From: an uncultured Bacilli bacterium | GTDB lineage: Bacteria; Bacillota_I; Bacilli_A; RF39; UBA660 | NCBI GenBank assembly: GCA_944329445.1 | Contig: CALVIH010000004.1 | Span: 1-50,500 of the forward strand | Reading direction: 5' to 3' | Length of the DNA stretch: 50,500 nt | Shown: in pieces, positions 33,376 through 42,543 of the stretch | Position numbering within the stretch: position 1 is the stretch's first letter | How the letters are laid out: the number at the start of each line of letters is the position of its first letter | Translations under genes and position numbers: made by a program | The notes under the pieces: generated by a model | Seen by the model: only the letters and a program-made list of their open reading frames with translations | What the model was told of the DNA's origin: nothing | The model's database searches: none

Positions 33376-34719
33376 TTACTCACCATTCTCTCTTTGAAAA
33401 TTAACAAAAGTAGACGTATCTTTTTTAAACAATAATTCAATTGTAGTTGTTGGACCACTTCTGTTTTTTCCAATTATAAATTCAGTTATGCTCGCGTTAT
33501 CATCACGTCTTGCTTCTTTATTATAATAATCATCTCTGTATAAAAATGATACTATGTCAGCATCTTGCTCAATTGATCCAGACTCACGCAAATCACTCAT
33601 GATAGGACGTTTATCTTCACGCGATTCAACCGCACGAGATAGCTGAGCAGCTGCTACTACCGGTACACCAAGTTCTAGTGCCATCATTTTTAAACTACGA
33701 GATATTTCTGATACTTCTTGTTGCCTATTACCAGCAGTTTTAGCAGGTCCGGTTATAAGTTGCAAGTAATCTATTACAACTAACCCTAATCCCTTGTCCG
33801 AATTAGAAAGTCTACGACACTTACTTCTTATTTCACCCACCGTAATACCAGGAGTATCATCAATGTATAAATTAACTCCCGATAGTTTACTAATTGCCTC
33901 ATTTAATCGTCTCCAATCGTTGTGTTCAAGCCTTCCGGTACGCATTTTGCTGCCATTTATTTGGCCTAATGATTGAAGAACTCTGTTTGTTAATTGTTCC
34001 GCACTCATCTCTAAGTTAAACACCGCAACTGATTTATTGCTATGCATCGCCGCGTTAGTAGCTAAATTAAGCATGAATGCCGTTTTACCCATCGCTGGAC
34101 GAGCCGCTATTATAACAAACTGATTAGGTTGTAATCCAGCGGTCAACTTATCAAAATCAGTAAATCCAGTTGCAAGTCCGGTTATTTCTGACCCTTGTTC
34201 AGCAAGCTTTTCTAGATTCGCTTGCTCTCTATAAGCAACGTCTTGAATACTTTGGAACTCGGTCGTTTTCCTCATGTTTCCAATTCTTAACATCTTCATT
34301 TCAGCATTATCTAAAACATCATAAATAGAATCTTCTGATGCATAAGCATCATTTGCTATTTCGGTTGCGGTTTCAATTATTTTTCTACCAACCATCTTTT
34401 CTTTTACAATGCTTATGTAATAATCAACGTTTGAAGCAGATGGAACAGAATCTATTATCTCTGATAAGTATTCTACGTTTCCTACCTGACTAAGAATTTT
34501 TTTATCACTTAACCTGTTAGTTACAATCGTTATATCGATGGGAGAACCTTCGTTGTTTAACTCTTGTAATGTCTCAAATATTTTAGCGTTTGCTTCATTA
34601 TAAAAATACTCTCCAGATAATTCGTCACACATCTTTTGAAGTGCAGCTTTTGATAAAAAGGCAGACCCCAAGACGGCCTTTTCTGCTTCAATTGATTCCG
34701 GTATTTTCCTTTCTGCCAT
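33376..34719 (-). CDS. dnaB: Replicative DNA helicase
   Basis: 447 aa: PESIEAEKAVLGS, the Walker A RPAMGKT and the DnaB C-terminal motifs. Confidence 0.96.
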   Translation of the reverse strand: MAERKIPESIEAEKAVLGSAFLSKAALQKMCDELSGEYFYNEANAKIFETLQELNNEGSPIDITIVTNRLSDKKILSQVGNVEYLSEIIDSVPSASNVDYYISIVKEKMVGRKIIETATEIANDAYASEDSIYDVLDNAEMKMLRIGNMRKTTEFQSIQDVAYREQANLEKLAEQGSEITGLATGFTDFDKLTAGLQPNQFVIIAARPAMGKTAFMLNLATNAAMHSNKSVAVFNLEMSAEQLTNRVLQSLGQINGSKMRTGRLEHNDWRRLNEAISKLSGVNLYIDDTPGITVGEIRSKCRRLSNSDKGLGLVVIDYLQLITGPAKTAGNRQQEVSEISRSLKMMALELGVPVVAAAQLSRAVESREDKRPIMSDLRESGSIEQDADIVSFLYRDDYYNKEARRDDNASITEFIIGKNRSGPTTTIELLFKKDTSTFVNFQRENGE

Positions 34720-34740
34720 TTTATCACTTCCTTTAACTTA

Positions 34741-35181
34741 TTATTTAACTAATTCAACGGTAACTACAGCCTGCACCTTCTTATGCAAGTTAATCTTAAC
34801 TTCGTGATACCCAAGTGAACTTATTGGTTCACTTAAAACTATTTTTTTCTTATCTATTTTATATCCAAGTTTATCTAGTTCGGTCGCTATTTGTTTAGTT
34901 GAGATAGTACCAAACACCTGGTCTTGTTTACCAGTTTTTACTTTAAATGTTAATACTCTATCCTTAAGCTCTTTTTTTAAAGCTTCACATCTTTTTATTT
35001 CAGCAGCCTCTGCATCAGCTTTGTTTTTATTACTTATATCAAGTATTTCTTTGCTTCTTGCCGTGTATGCGACCGCGTATCCATTTCTTATTAAAAAGTT
35101 TTGAGCATAACCATCTTTTACTTCTTTTATATCTCCGGCCTTGCCTTGACCCTTAACGTCTTTGGTAAAAATTACTTTCAT
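34741..35181 (-). CDS. rplI: 50S ribosomal protein L9
   Basis: 146 aa: MKVIFTKDVKGQGKAGDIKEVKDGYAQNFL. Confidence 0.95.
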   Translation of the reverse strand: MKVIFTKDVKGQGKAGDIKEVKDGYAQNFLIRNGYAVAYTARSKEILDISNKNKADAEAAEIKRCEALKKELKDRVLTFKVKTGKQDQVFGTISTKQIATELDKLGYKIDKKKIVLSEPISSLGYHEVKINLHKKVQAVVTVELVK

Positions 35182-35240
35182 AATTAGCCCACCTTTCTAA
35201 TTAATCTCGTAAACATATTATAACACACTTATTAATTATT

Positions 35241-35278
35241 TAAAAGAAAAGAAAGCATACGTAAACGAACGCTTTCTT
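35241..35278 (-). terminator. Rho-independent terminator of the rpsF-ssb-rpsR operon
   Basis: 8-bp stem AAGAAAGC/GCTTTCTT with a 14-nt loop and a U-rich tail on the minus strand. Confidence 0.55.
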
Positions 35279-35282
35279 ATAA

Positions 35283-35498
35283 TTACTTTGTAAACGGAAG
35301 TAATGCTATCATTCTAGCTCTTTTTATTTGTTGTGCAATGTGTCTTTGATGTTTAGAGCAAGCTCCTGTTACTCTTCTAGGTAAAATCTTACCCTTTTCG
35401 TTTATATATTTTCTTAAAATCTCAGGATCTTTATAATCTACGCTCTTACCAGCACACATTTGACAAATTTTCTTTTTCTTTCTAAAAAATTCTGCCAT
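35283..35498 (-). CDS. rpsR: 30S ribosomal protein S18
   Basis: 71 aa: [25 protein letters not shown]...KHQR. Confidence 0.95.
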   Translation of the reverse strand: MAEFFRKKKKICQMCAGKSVDYKDPEILRKYINEKGKILPRRVTGACSKHQRHIAQQIKRARMIALLPFTK

Positions 35499-35521
35499 TG
35501 TTATCCTCCTTTTCTTAGTTA

Positions 35522-35992
35522 TTAAAATGCGATATCGTCATCTGATATTTCTATACTACTACCAAAATCCGCGAATACATCGTCAGAAACATTAGTTTCG
35601 TTAACGTTTGATTCGGTTTGGAAATCTGCAGGTGATACATTATCTTCCCCGGTAGGTGCTGACGTATTACCAGAATTTCTTGAATCAAGAAATTGAACAC
35701 GATCTGCTACAACCTCAGTAACGTATACACGTTTTCCATCTTTATCTTCGTAATTTCTAGTTTGGATTCTACCATCTACGGCTACCAAAGAACCTTTACC
35801 AACGTATTTTTTTATGTTTTCCGCTTGTTTTTGAAAAGCTACTATATTAATAAAATCAGTATCTCTTTCTCCTTGACTATTAGTGTATTGTCTATCAATT
35901 GCGATAGAAAAATTTACTATAGCTGCATTACTAGATGAATACCTTAATTCTGGATCCCTGGTTAGTCTTCCAATTAAAAATGCTTTGTTCAT
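35522..35992 (-). CDS. ssb: Single-stranded DNA-binding protein
   Basis: OB fold ([18 protein letters not shown]) and an acidic tail ending DDDIAF. Confidence 0.95.
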   Translation of the reverse strand: MNKAFLIGRLTRDPELRYSSSNAAIVNFSIAIDRQYTNSQGERDTDFINIVAFQKQAENIKKYVGKGSLVAVDGRIQTRNYEDKDGKRVYVTEVVADRVQFLDSRNSGNTSAPTGEDNVSPADFQTESNVNETNVSDDVFADFGSSIEISDDDIAF

Positions 35993-36009
35993 AATGTTTT
36001 CCTTTTCTT

Positions 36010-36297
36010 TTATTTATCTTCTTTTACGATTAAATGACGAATTATATCTTCGCTAATTAAAGCTAAACGATCAAATTCATTAATAGCTTTAGCATCTTCT
36101 GCTTCTAAGTTAATTAAGAAATAATAACCAGTCTTATGACCTTTTATTTCATAAGCTAGTTCTTTTTGTCCCAAATCTTTTGAAGAAGTAACTTTTGCTC
36201 CGTTATCTGCTAATATCTTTTCAAAGTTCTTAGCAACTTCTTTAACGCTTGCTTCTTCAATGTTTGGTCTAACAATGAACATAATTTCGTATTTCAT
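36010..36297 (-). CDS. rpsF: 30S ribosomal protein S6
   Basis: MKYEIMFIVRP start with a GAGGAGG SD. The track's longer start reads through the leader. Confidence 0.93.
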   Translation of the reverse strand: MKYEIMFIVRPNIEEASVKEVAKNFEKILADNGAKVTSSKDLGQKELAYEIKGHKTGYYFLINLEAEDAKAINEFDRLALISEDIIRHLIVKEDK

Positions 36298-36372
36298 GCT
36301 TTTTTCCTCCTCTTCTGGTCTATTCGGTCTTTCTACCAAGGTGAAAGACAAGAGAGTAATCACATTACTCGC
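36298..36372 (-). promoter_or_regulatory. Structured rpsF 5' leader (candidate S6:S18 autoregulatory leader)
   Basis: Two perfect 7-bp hairpins lie on the minus strand between the -10 and the SD. They are GAGUAAU-GUG-AUUACUC (36354-36370) and GUCUUUC-ACCUUGGUA-GAAAGAC (36327-36349). Confidence 0.5.
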
Positions 36373-36377
36373 CTTGT

Positions 36378-36405
36378 ATTATAACAAAAAAGAAAGTTAT
36401 TGTAA
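36378..36405 (-). promoter_or_regulatory. SigmaA promoter of rpsF-ssb-rpsR
   Basis: Minus strand reads TTACAA (36400-36405), a 16-nt spacer, then TGtTATAAT (-10 at 36378-36383). Confidence 0.65.
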
Positions 36406-36420
36406 ACCTTCTTTTACAAT
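36385..36420 (-). terminator. Probable terminator of the 223-aa gene, overlapping the rpsF -35
   Basis: 8-bp stem AUUGUAAA/UUUACAAU with a 6-nt loop, followed by aacUUUCUUUUUU. Confidence 0.45.
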
Positions 36421-36445
36421 ATTATTTTATGGGTTTATAAACTTA

Positions 36446-37117
36446 TTATACTATTTTTCCAAATGATTTTGAACCAACTAATATTGATGGTGGGGTAACA
36501 ATTTCTTCGTCTAAAGATTTATATATGTTAATCGAAAAATCCTCACTCATATCATGGTATCTAAATTGCACACAAACATCATCTTCACCATAAATAAGCT
36601 TCTTGATATAACACATTTCATCCCACGTAGCATATTTTTTGGCTATATGTTTTTTCTTGTTTAGTGTTCTAACATTTACTATATCCCAACCAGATTTTAT
36701 GGTTCTTCTTATATTTAACATTTTTTGATTAGGCAAAGTGATTACTTTGCCTGAGATATTATCCCATGCAGCTTGTTTTGGGTACACAAACTTATCATCA
36801 GTTGATTCCCACATATGAAGTACATAACTATGATTATTTACATAATCTTTTTTAGCTGGATGAAATTCCAATACTACGTCATTTTCCCTAAAAAATAGAT
36901 TTCTTAAAAATTGCATTTCTTCATTACTTGGAGTTCTTTTTAATGCCTCTCCAGTACTTTCTGTAACATGTGCACTAACGTGATTCCACCCCATAAAATT
37001 TTCGGAAGCAACTACGAATGCTTTTTTATTATTATTTAGAGGAACTAAAAAATTATTATTTATCTTTAACCTCTCATTATTAATAATGTATTTTTCAAGC
37101 AAATCAATATCTTTCAT
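36446..37117 (-). CDS. Hypothetical protein built from two tandem copies of one domain of about 85 aa
   Basis: An internal repeat is visible. Copy 1 is GWNHVSAHV...TPSNEEMQFLRNLFFRENDVVLEFHP...YVNNHSYVLHMW. Copy 2 is GWDIVNVRT...YATWDEMCYIKKLIYGEDDVCVQFRY. The start is at the ATG 9 nt from AAAGGGG. Confidence 0.6.
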   Translation of the reverse strand: MKDIDLLEKYIINNERLKINNNFLVPLNNNKKAFVVASENFMGWNHVSAHVTESTGEALKRTPSNEEMQFLRNLFFRENDVVLEFHPAKKDYVNNHSYVLHMWESTDDKFVYPKQAAWDNISGKVITLPNQKMLNIRRTIKSGWDIVNVRTLNKKKHIAKKYATWDEMCYIKKLIYGEDDVCVQFRYHDMSEDFSINIYKSLDEEIVTPPSILVGSKSFGKIV

Positions 37118-37201
37118 AATCAAAAACGCCCCTTTTAAAAAAATCGAAGTAAAGTTATACTAACACACTATATAAAAAGAATCAACAAAAAAGTTTAATA
37201 A

Positions 37202-38320
37202 CTAATTATTAAATCTAAACAAACATACGTCTCCGTCTTGCATTAAGTAATCTTTTCCTTCGCTTCTAAGTTTACCAGCTTCCTTAGCACCTTTTTCTCC
37301 ATTATATTTTTTATAATCATCAAATGATATTACTTCCGCCCTGATAAAACCCTTTTCAAAGTCACTATGAATTATTCCAGCACATTCTGGTGCTTTCATA
37401 CCTTTTTTAAAGGTCCATGCCCTTACTTCTTTAGGTCCAGCAGTAAAGTATGTTTGAAGTCCAAGCAAATGATATGATGCTTTAATTAATTTATCAAGTC
37501 CACTTTCTTCTATTCCTAAATCATTTAAGAAAGCCTTTTTTTCTTCATCTTCAAAGCCACTTAACTCTTCTTCTATTTTTGCACACAATACGATTACCTC
37601 AGCATTATCTTTTTTTGCATATTCTTTCACTTGTTTTACGTAATCATTTTCTTTATTTATATCATCTTCTTTAATGTTTGCAACATAAATAATCGGTTTC
37701 ATAGTAAGTAAATTAAAAGCTTTTAATATTTTTAAATCATCTTTTGTATATTCTAACTTTCTAGCTGGAACATTATTTTCTAAAGCTTCTTTTATTTTCT
37801 TTAGAAGTTCTACTTCTTTTAAAGCGTCTTTATCTTTTGTAGATATTGCTTTTTTCTCTATTTTACCTAATCTATTATTAACTACTTCTAAGTCACAAAA
37901 AATAAACTCAACATCTATTATTTCAATATCACGAATAGGATCAGTTTTCCCTTCTACATGGGTTATGTTTGAATCATCAAAACATCGTACAACTTCTACT
38001 ACGGCATCAACATCTCTTATGTGTGATAAAAACTTGTTTCCTAATCCCTCACCATGTGATGCTCCTTTAACAAGCCCTGCAATATCGGTAAACTCAAATG
38101 TTGTCGGAACTAAACTCTTTGGTTTTACCAACTCATTTAAAAAATCAAGTCTCTTATCTGGTACGATTACCATTCCAACGTTTGGTTCAATGGTTGCAAA
38201 AGGATAATTAGCTGCTAAAATATTTTTCTTAGTAATTGCGTTAAACAACGTAGATTTCCCAACGTTTGGTAATCCTACTATACCTGCTGTTAAAGACACA
38301 AAAATCACTTCCTTTTTCAT
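37202..38320 (-). CDS. ychF: Ribosome-binding ATPase YchF
   Basis: GIVGLPNVGKSTLFNA, the full OLA1/YchF layout and a TGS C-terminus. The true start is possibly the GTG at 38299 (VSLTAGIVG). Confidence 0.95.
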   Translation of the reverse strand: MKKEVIFVSLTAGIVGLPNVGKSTLFNAITKKNILAANYPFATIEPNVGMVIVPDKRLDFLNELVKPKSLVPTTFEFTDIAGLVKGASHGEGLGNKFLSHIRDVDAVVEVVRCFDDSNITHVEGKTDPIRDIEIIDVEFIFCDLEVVNNRLGKIEKKAISTKDKDALKEVELLKKIKEALENNVPARKLEYTKDDLKILKAFNLLTMKPIIYVANIKEDDINKENDYVKQVKEYAKKDNAEVIVLCAKIEEELSGFEDEEKKAFLNDLGIEESGLDKLIKASYHLLGLQTYFTAGPKEVRAWTFKKGMKAPECAGIIHSDFEKGFIRAEVISFDDYKKYNGEKGAKEAGKLRSEGKDYLMQDGDVCLFRFNN

Positions 38321-38388
38321 TTGGTATTATAACATTTAAAATAAATAAAAAGCAATGCTTACGCACCACTTATAGACTTAATGTTGAA

Positions 38389-38934
38389 TTATTTTTTTCT
38401 CTTTACCTTCACGTATCTTTTTTGTAATCCATAAGAAAATGGAACCAAACTATAATTAGTACCAACAACATTACCATTTACTTCATAAGTTGCATTTAAA
38501 TCATCTAGAGCTTTTTTTTGATAAAATTTAAGATTTAGTTCATCTTCTTTTTTGGGTTCATGTTCTTTATAATATTCTGCAGCAACTTCATTTAAATAAA
38601 GTAATGTTGTCTCGTCATCTATTTCTGAATTCAATAATTGTCTTACCATGTAGTTGTTTTCACTTCTGTCTTGCTGTAATAACTTTTCGAATTCTACAAA
38701 TGGAATATACATTACACTATTCTCTTCTTCAACTTCATTATCAATTTTTACTAATTTTACTACATGTTGTCTTTTAGAGTTAACTTCATATTTATATGGG
38801 CTTTGATATGAATATAATATATTATCTATCTTATAAACTCCAACCGGAATAACATCAGGTGCATCTCCATAAGATAATATAAACCCAAAGCTTTTATTTG
38901 CATTTTCTATAATTTCTTTAAAATCTTTACTCAT
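38389..38934 (-). CDS. Hypothetical protein (181 aa)
   Basis: Strong SD (AAAGGGGGG); charged, no TM segment, basic C-terminus. I recognise no family. Confidence 0.55.
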   Translation of the reverse strand: MSKDFKEIIENANKSFGFILSYGDAPDVIPVGVYKIDNILYSYQSPYKYEVNSKRQHVVKLVKIDNEVEEENSVMYIPFVEFEKLLQQDRSENNYMVRQLLNSEIDDETTLLYLNEVAAEYYKEHEPKKEDELNLKFYQKKALDDLNATYEVNGNVVGTNYSLVPFSYGLQKRYVKVKRKK

Positions 38935-39081
38935 TTTTGCATTCCCCCCTTTGTTTGAATGTCATATATGATAGTGTTTTTTCAACAAAAGGTCAAGTCT
39001 TATGAAATCTTGTTTACTATTATAACAAAAAACAACATTAAACTGCTCTTTTCTTTTTAAAATATAAAAAAAGTAAACGTT

Positions 39082-39109
39082 AAAAAAGTAAAGAACAATG
39101 TCTTTACTT
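39082..39109 (-). terminator. Rho-independent terminator ending the parAB-mscS-DUF951-abgT unit
   Basis: Perfect 9-bp stem AAGTAAAGA/TCTTTACTT with a 6-nt loop and a U6 tail on the minus strand. Confidence 0.7.
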
Positions 39110-40652
39110 ATACCGTAGGATATACTCCTGGGCCTATTGGTAAACCGATTATGTACCAACAAACAATCATTAATAGCCATATTATTGCTACCGCTAGGAA
39201 ATAAGGAAATATAACACGATAGCATCCTCTTATACTAAAGTCATTTTTATTCTTGGTATATACTTCTATAAAACCAATAAAAATAACAAAGTAAGTAAAT
39301 AATGGCGTTATCACGTTGGTAATTGATTCACCTGCACGGAAAACTAGTTGAGCAAATTCTGGAGAAATGTTAGCCCTTATTACCGCCGGCATAATGTTAG
39401 GGGCAATAATTGACCACTTTGCAATTGATCCCGGAAGAAGGATATTAGCAAGAAGTGAAAATAAGAATATCAACAGTATTAATGGAATAAATGAGAAGTT
39501 AGACGATGATATTACGTTTGATAACCAACCTGTTACAACAACCCCAATGTTAGATTCGGTTACTAAAGCATTAAGTTGGGCGGCAAAGAAAATAAGAACA
39601 AATATACCACCAATACTTTTTAGGTAATCAGTAGAAAAATTAACCATGTCCCTTATTTTTCTAATGGTACCAGTTACAACACCAAACACAAAGCCTTGTA
39701 AGGCAAATATAAATGATATAATACCAACCATATTAGTCATTAAAAGCGCGTCTGAAGAAAATAACATCTTCGAATAAACATCTTGCGACTTATCAAGCAA
39801 AAGCCCTAAGAAACTATCACCACTAACCGGGATAAGCATAAGGATTATTGGAATTAAACAAATAATAGTTGCAATTAAGGCCGCTATTAAGCCTTTTTTC
39901 TCTTTGCTTTCTTCTAAAACGAATTCTTCGTCTTCATCTTCTAGAGTATTTCTCCCTAATTTTCTAGATACAATTTTCTCTGTTATAAAAGTACATATAC
40001 CAGCAATTAACAAAGTAGCTACAATTATGAATATTAAGTTACTGCTTTGAGATACAGTATACTCGGTGTCTAATAATTTAGCACTGGCTTCAGTATAACT
40101 AGTTAAGTTATAATCAAGAGCCGTTATGAATAAACCCGCACCATGTCCGGCAGCAATAGATGCAAATCCAAGGGCAAGACCACCAATTGGGTTTCGGTTC
40201 ATGCTCATGAATAAAACCGCACCTAAAGGAAGAAGTAAAACGTAACCAACATTATTATCAACACTTGCTATTATGCATATTAATGAATATATAAACACAA
40301 TGATAAACTTTGGTATTTTCTTTGTTACCTTCGTACATAAGGTTTTTAAAAAACCAGACTTTAATGCAATACCAAAAGCTATTGCAGCTATAAGCAACGA
40401 TCCAAAAGGAACAAAGTTTATTAAGTTATCATACGCCGAAGTGATGATAAACTTGATTCCATCCAAGCTTAAAAGTGAGTTTACTGCTACGGTCGTTGAC
40501 TCAACTTCTCCTGCTATGGTGGTTAACTTATCATATGTTACCTGAAAATTCAGTACGTTTGCTATACCACTTATCACAACCACCAATAATGACATGTATA
40601 TAAAAAACATTACCGGATGGGATGACCTTTTTAATTTCTTTGGATTAATCAT
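39108..40652 (-). CDS. AbgT-family transporter (p-aminobenzoyl-glutamate / antimetabolite efflux family)
   Basis: 514 aa polytopic membrane protein with an AbgT-like N-terminus (RSSHPVMFFIYMSLLVV). The ATG overlaps the upstream TGA. Confidence 0.7.
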   Translation of the reverse strand: MINPKKLKRSSHPVMFFIYMSLLVVVISGIANVLNFQVTYDKLTTIAGEVESTTVAVNSLLSLDGIKFIITSAYDNLINFVPFGSLLIAAIAFGIALKSGFLKTLCTKVTKKIPKFIIVFIYSLICIIASVDNNVGYVLLLPLGAVLFMSMNRNPIGGLALGFASIAAGHGAGLFITALDYNLTSYTEASAKLLDTEYTVSQSSNLIFIIVATLLIAGICTFITEKIVSRKLGRNTLEDEDEEFVLEESKEKKGLIAALIATIICLIPIILMLIPVSGDSFLGLLLDKSQDVYSKMLFSSDALLMTNMVGIISFIFALQGFVFGVVTGTIRKIRDMVNFSTDYLKSIGGIFVLIFFAAQLNALVTESNIGVVVTGWLSNVISSSNFSFIPLILLIFLFSLLANILLPGSIAKWSIIAPNIMPAVIRANISPEFAQLVFRAGESITNVITPLFTYFVIFIGFIEVYTKNKNDFSIRGCYRVIFPYFLAVAIIWLLMIVCWYIIGLPIGPGVYPTV

Positions 40653-40843
40653 TTTTCTTCCTCCTCAATCACCTTTTTAATCTTTTTATTAAAGTCTACA
40701 CGTGGCAGCATTATGGTTCTTCCACAGTTAGCACACTCTATTTTAATATCGACGCCAACCCTTATAACCTTGAACAAATCACAACCACATGGATGTTTTT
40801 TCTTCATCTTAACAATCGAATTTAATCCATAATTATTTTTCAT
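40649..40843 (-). CDS. DUF951-family small protein
   Basis: IVKMKKKHPCGCDLFKVIRVGVDIKIECANCGRTIMLPR is the DUF951 pattern. The start is at the ATG 5 nt from GAGGT and overlaps the mscS end by 11 nt. Confidence 0.75.
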   Translation of the reverse strand: MKNNYGLNSIVKMKKKHPCGCDLFKVIRVGVDIKIECANCGRTIMLPRVDFNKKIKKVIEEEEK

Positions 40844-41639
40844 TATGTACCTCAATTTGCATGTATGGAATTTTTATACCATTTTTATCTAAGACGTTTT
40901 TAAATGCTTTTTTCATTTGTCTTTCCACTTCAAAATGTTTAGCAGGTTTACATTTACCAACAATCCTAAAAATAACGGCTGAATCTGAAAGTTCTTCTAC
41001 TCCCCATACCTCTGGTTCTTCCGTTAACATCGGAATTGAATCTTTTAAAGTAGCACAAGCAACTTGCAATATCTTTTCAACCTTATCTAATTTTTCTTCA
41101 TAAGCTACTGGAATATCAACAACCGCAAGGGTTTTATCGAAGCTATAGTTAATAACTTCCGTTATATTTCTGTTTGATATAATTTTTATATCACCGGTAT
41201 ATGCTTGGACACGAGTTGCTTTAAGTCCAATAGATGTTACCGTTCCAGTAAAGTCACCAATCTTAACTAAATCTCCTACGGCGTACCAATTTTCAAATAA
41301 AATAGATGCGCCAACTAAAATATCCTTTAATATATCTTGAAAGGCAAGACCAACAACCAAACTTACTACACCAAGACCGGTTATTAAAGCAGCGGTATTA
41401 ACTCCGTAAACACTTAAAAGCGATAATATGGCAAGTACCCAAATAACGTATTTAACAATGTTACATAGAAGACTTCTTATGGTCCCTACCTTCCTAGAAT
41501 CAAATCTTTTGTGTTTTTTTTCGGGATTAAACATCTTTTTTATGATTGCCTTAAGAAATTTTTCTATTATAAACGCAATAACAATTATTATAACCGTCAT
41601 GTATATTTCTTTTGCGATTGTTAGTCCAAAGATTTTCAT
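40833..41639 (-). CDS. Small-conductance mechanosensitive channel (MscS family)
   Basis: Three TM segments plus the MscS beta-domain motif (GDLVKIGDFTGTVTSIGLKATRV). Confidence 0.85.
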   Translation of the reverse strand: MKIFGLTIAKEIYMTVIIIVIAFIIEKFLKAIIKKMFNPEKKHKRFDSRKVGTIRSLLCNIVKYVIWVLAILSLLSVYGVNTAALITGLGVVSLVVGLAFQDILKDILVGASILFENWYAVGDLVKIGDFTGTVTSIGLKATRVQAYTGDIKIISNRNITEVINYSFDKTLAVVDIPVAYEEKLDKVEKILQVACATLKDSIPMLTEEPEVWGVEELSDSAVIFRIVGKCKPAKHFEVERQMKKAFKNVLDKNGIKIPYMQIEVHNEK

Positions 41640-41649
41640 AAGCGCTCTC

Positions 41650-42543
41650 CTATTCTACTTCTATATTTAAAATTTCTAATATTCTGTTTAAATCTTCTTT
41701 AGTAACGAAAGAAATTTTTATTTTATTGCCTGAAATCGATACCTTTGTACCTAGTTTTTCTTTCATTGCATCCTCAACGTATTTATATTCTTTAGATTTC
41801 TTTGGCCTTGTGGCAGGAACACTTCTTTTATATGAAGTCTCATCTGTTAAAGTTTCTAAATCTCTTACGCTTAAATTTTCACTTATAACTTTGTTAGCTA
41901 ACTCTTCTATTTGTTCATGGTTTTCTAACTTACTTAAAACTCTTGCGTGCCCCATCGATATTTTTCCGTATAAAATCATGTCTTGAACACTAAGAGGTAA
42001 CCTAAGAAGTCCAAGCATATTAGTTATATGACTTCTTGATTTTCCTAATTTTTTAGCAAGTTCATCCTGAGTTAACCTCATCGTTTCAATAATTGACTTA
42101 TAAGCTTTAGCTTCCTCAATAGCGGATAAATCTTCCCTTTGTAAATTTTCTAGTAAGGCCACTTGCATCATTTCTTCATCGGTAAAATCTCTTATGATTG
42201 CAGGTATTTTGGTCAAACCTGCGATTTGCGAGGCTTTTGCTCTTCTTTCACCAGCGATGATATTGTATCCCTTAACGCTTTTCTTAACTATTATTGGTTG
42301 GAACACCCCATGTTCCTTAATTGATTCAGCAAGTTCTTTTAATGCATCTTCATCAAATACTTTTCTTGGCTGATATGGATTACTCATAAGTTCATTTATT
42401 GGTATTTCAACAATTTCGTCTTTTGGAGTTTCCTCCACTATCTTACTTTCAACCTGATCCAAATCAAGCATTTCAGAGTTAAATAATTGTTCTAACCCCA
42501 TTCCTAGTGCTCTTCTTTTATTGTTCGTGTTTTCTTCTTTCAT
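41650..42543 (-). CDS. parB: Chromosome partitioning protein ParB/Spo0J
   Basis: RRALGMGLEQLF, the ParB box IIAGERRAKAS and an HTH. The start is ambiguous (ATG 42543 or TTG 42552). It overlaps the parA end. Confidence 0.92.
   Translation of the reverse strand: MKEENTNNKRRALGMGLEQLFNSEMLDLDQVESKIVEETPKDEIVEIPINELMSNPYQPRKVFDEDALKELAESIKEHGVFQPIIVKKSVKGYNIIAGERRAKASQIAGLTKIPAIIRDFTDEEMMQVALLENLQREDLSAIEEAKAYKSIIETMRLTQDELAKKLGKSRSHITNMLGLLRLPLSVQDMILYGKISMGHARVLSKLENHEQIEELANKVISENLSVRDLETLTDETSYKRSVPATRPKKSKEYKYVEDAMKEKLGTKVSISGNKIKISFVTKEDLNRILEILNIEVE

Noticed and set aside
33288-33473. 61-aa ORF spanning the dnaB/M23-peptidase junction.
   Set aside because: It overlaps two well-supported genes in another frame and has no independent signals.
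38962-39225. 87-aa minus-strand ORF overlapping the 3' end of the AbgT gene and its terminator.
   Set aside because: It runs out of frame over the abgT C-terminus and straight through the terminator hairpin and the next promoter. It has no SD and an implausible sequence.
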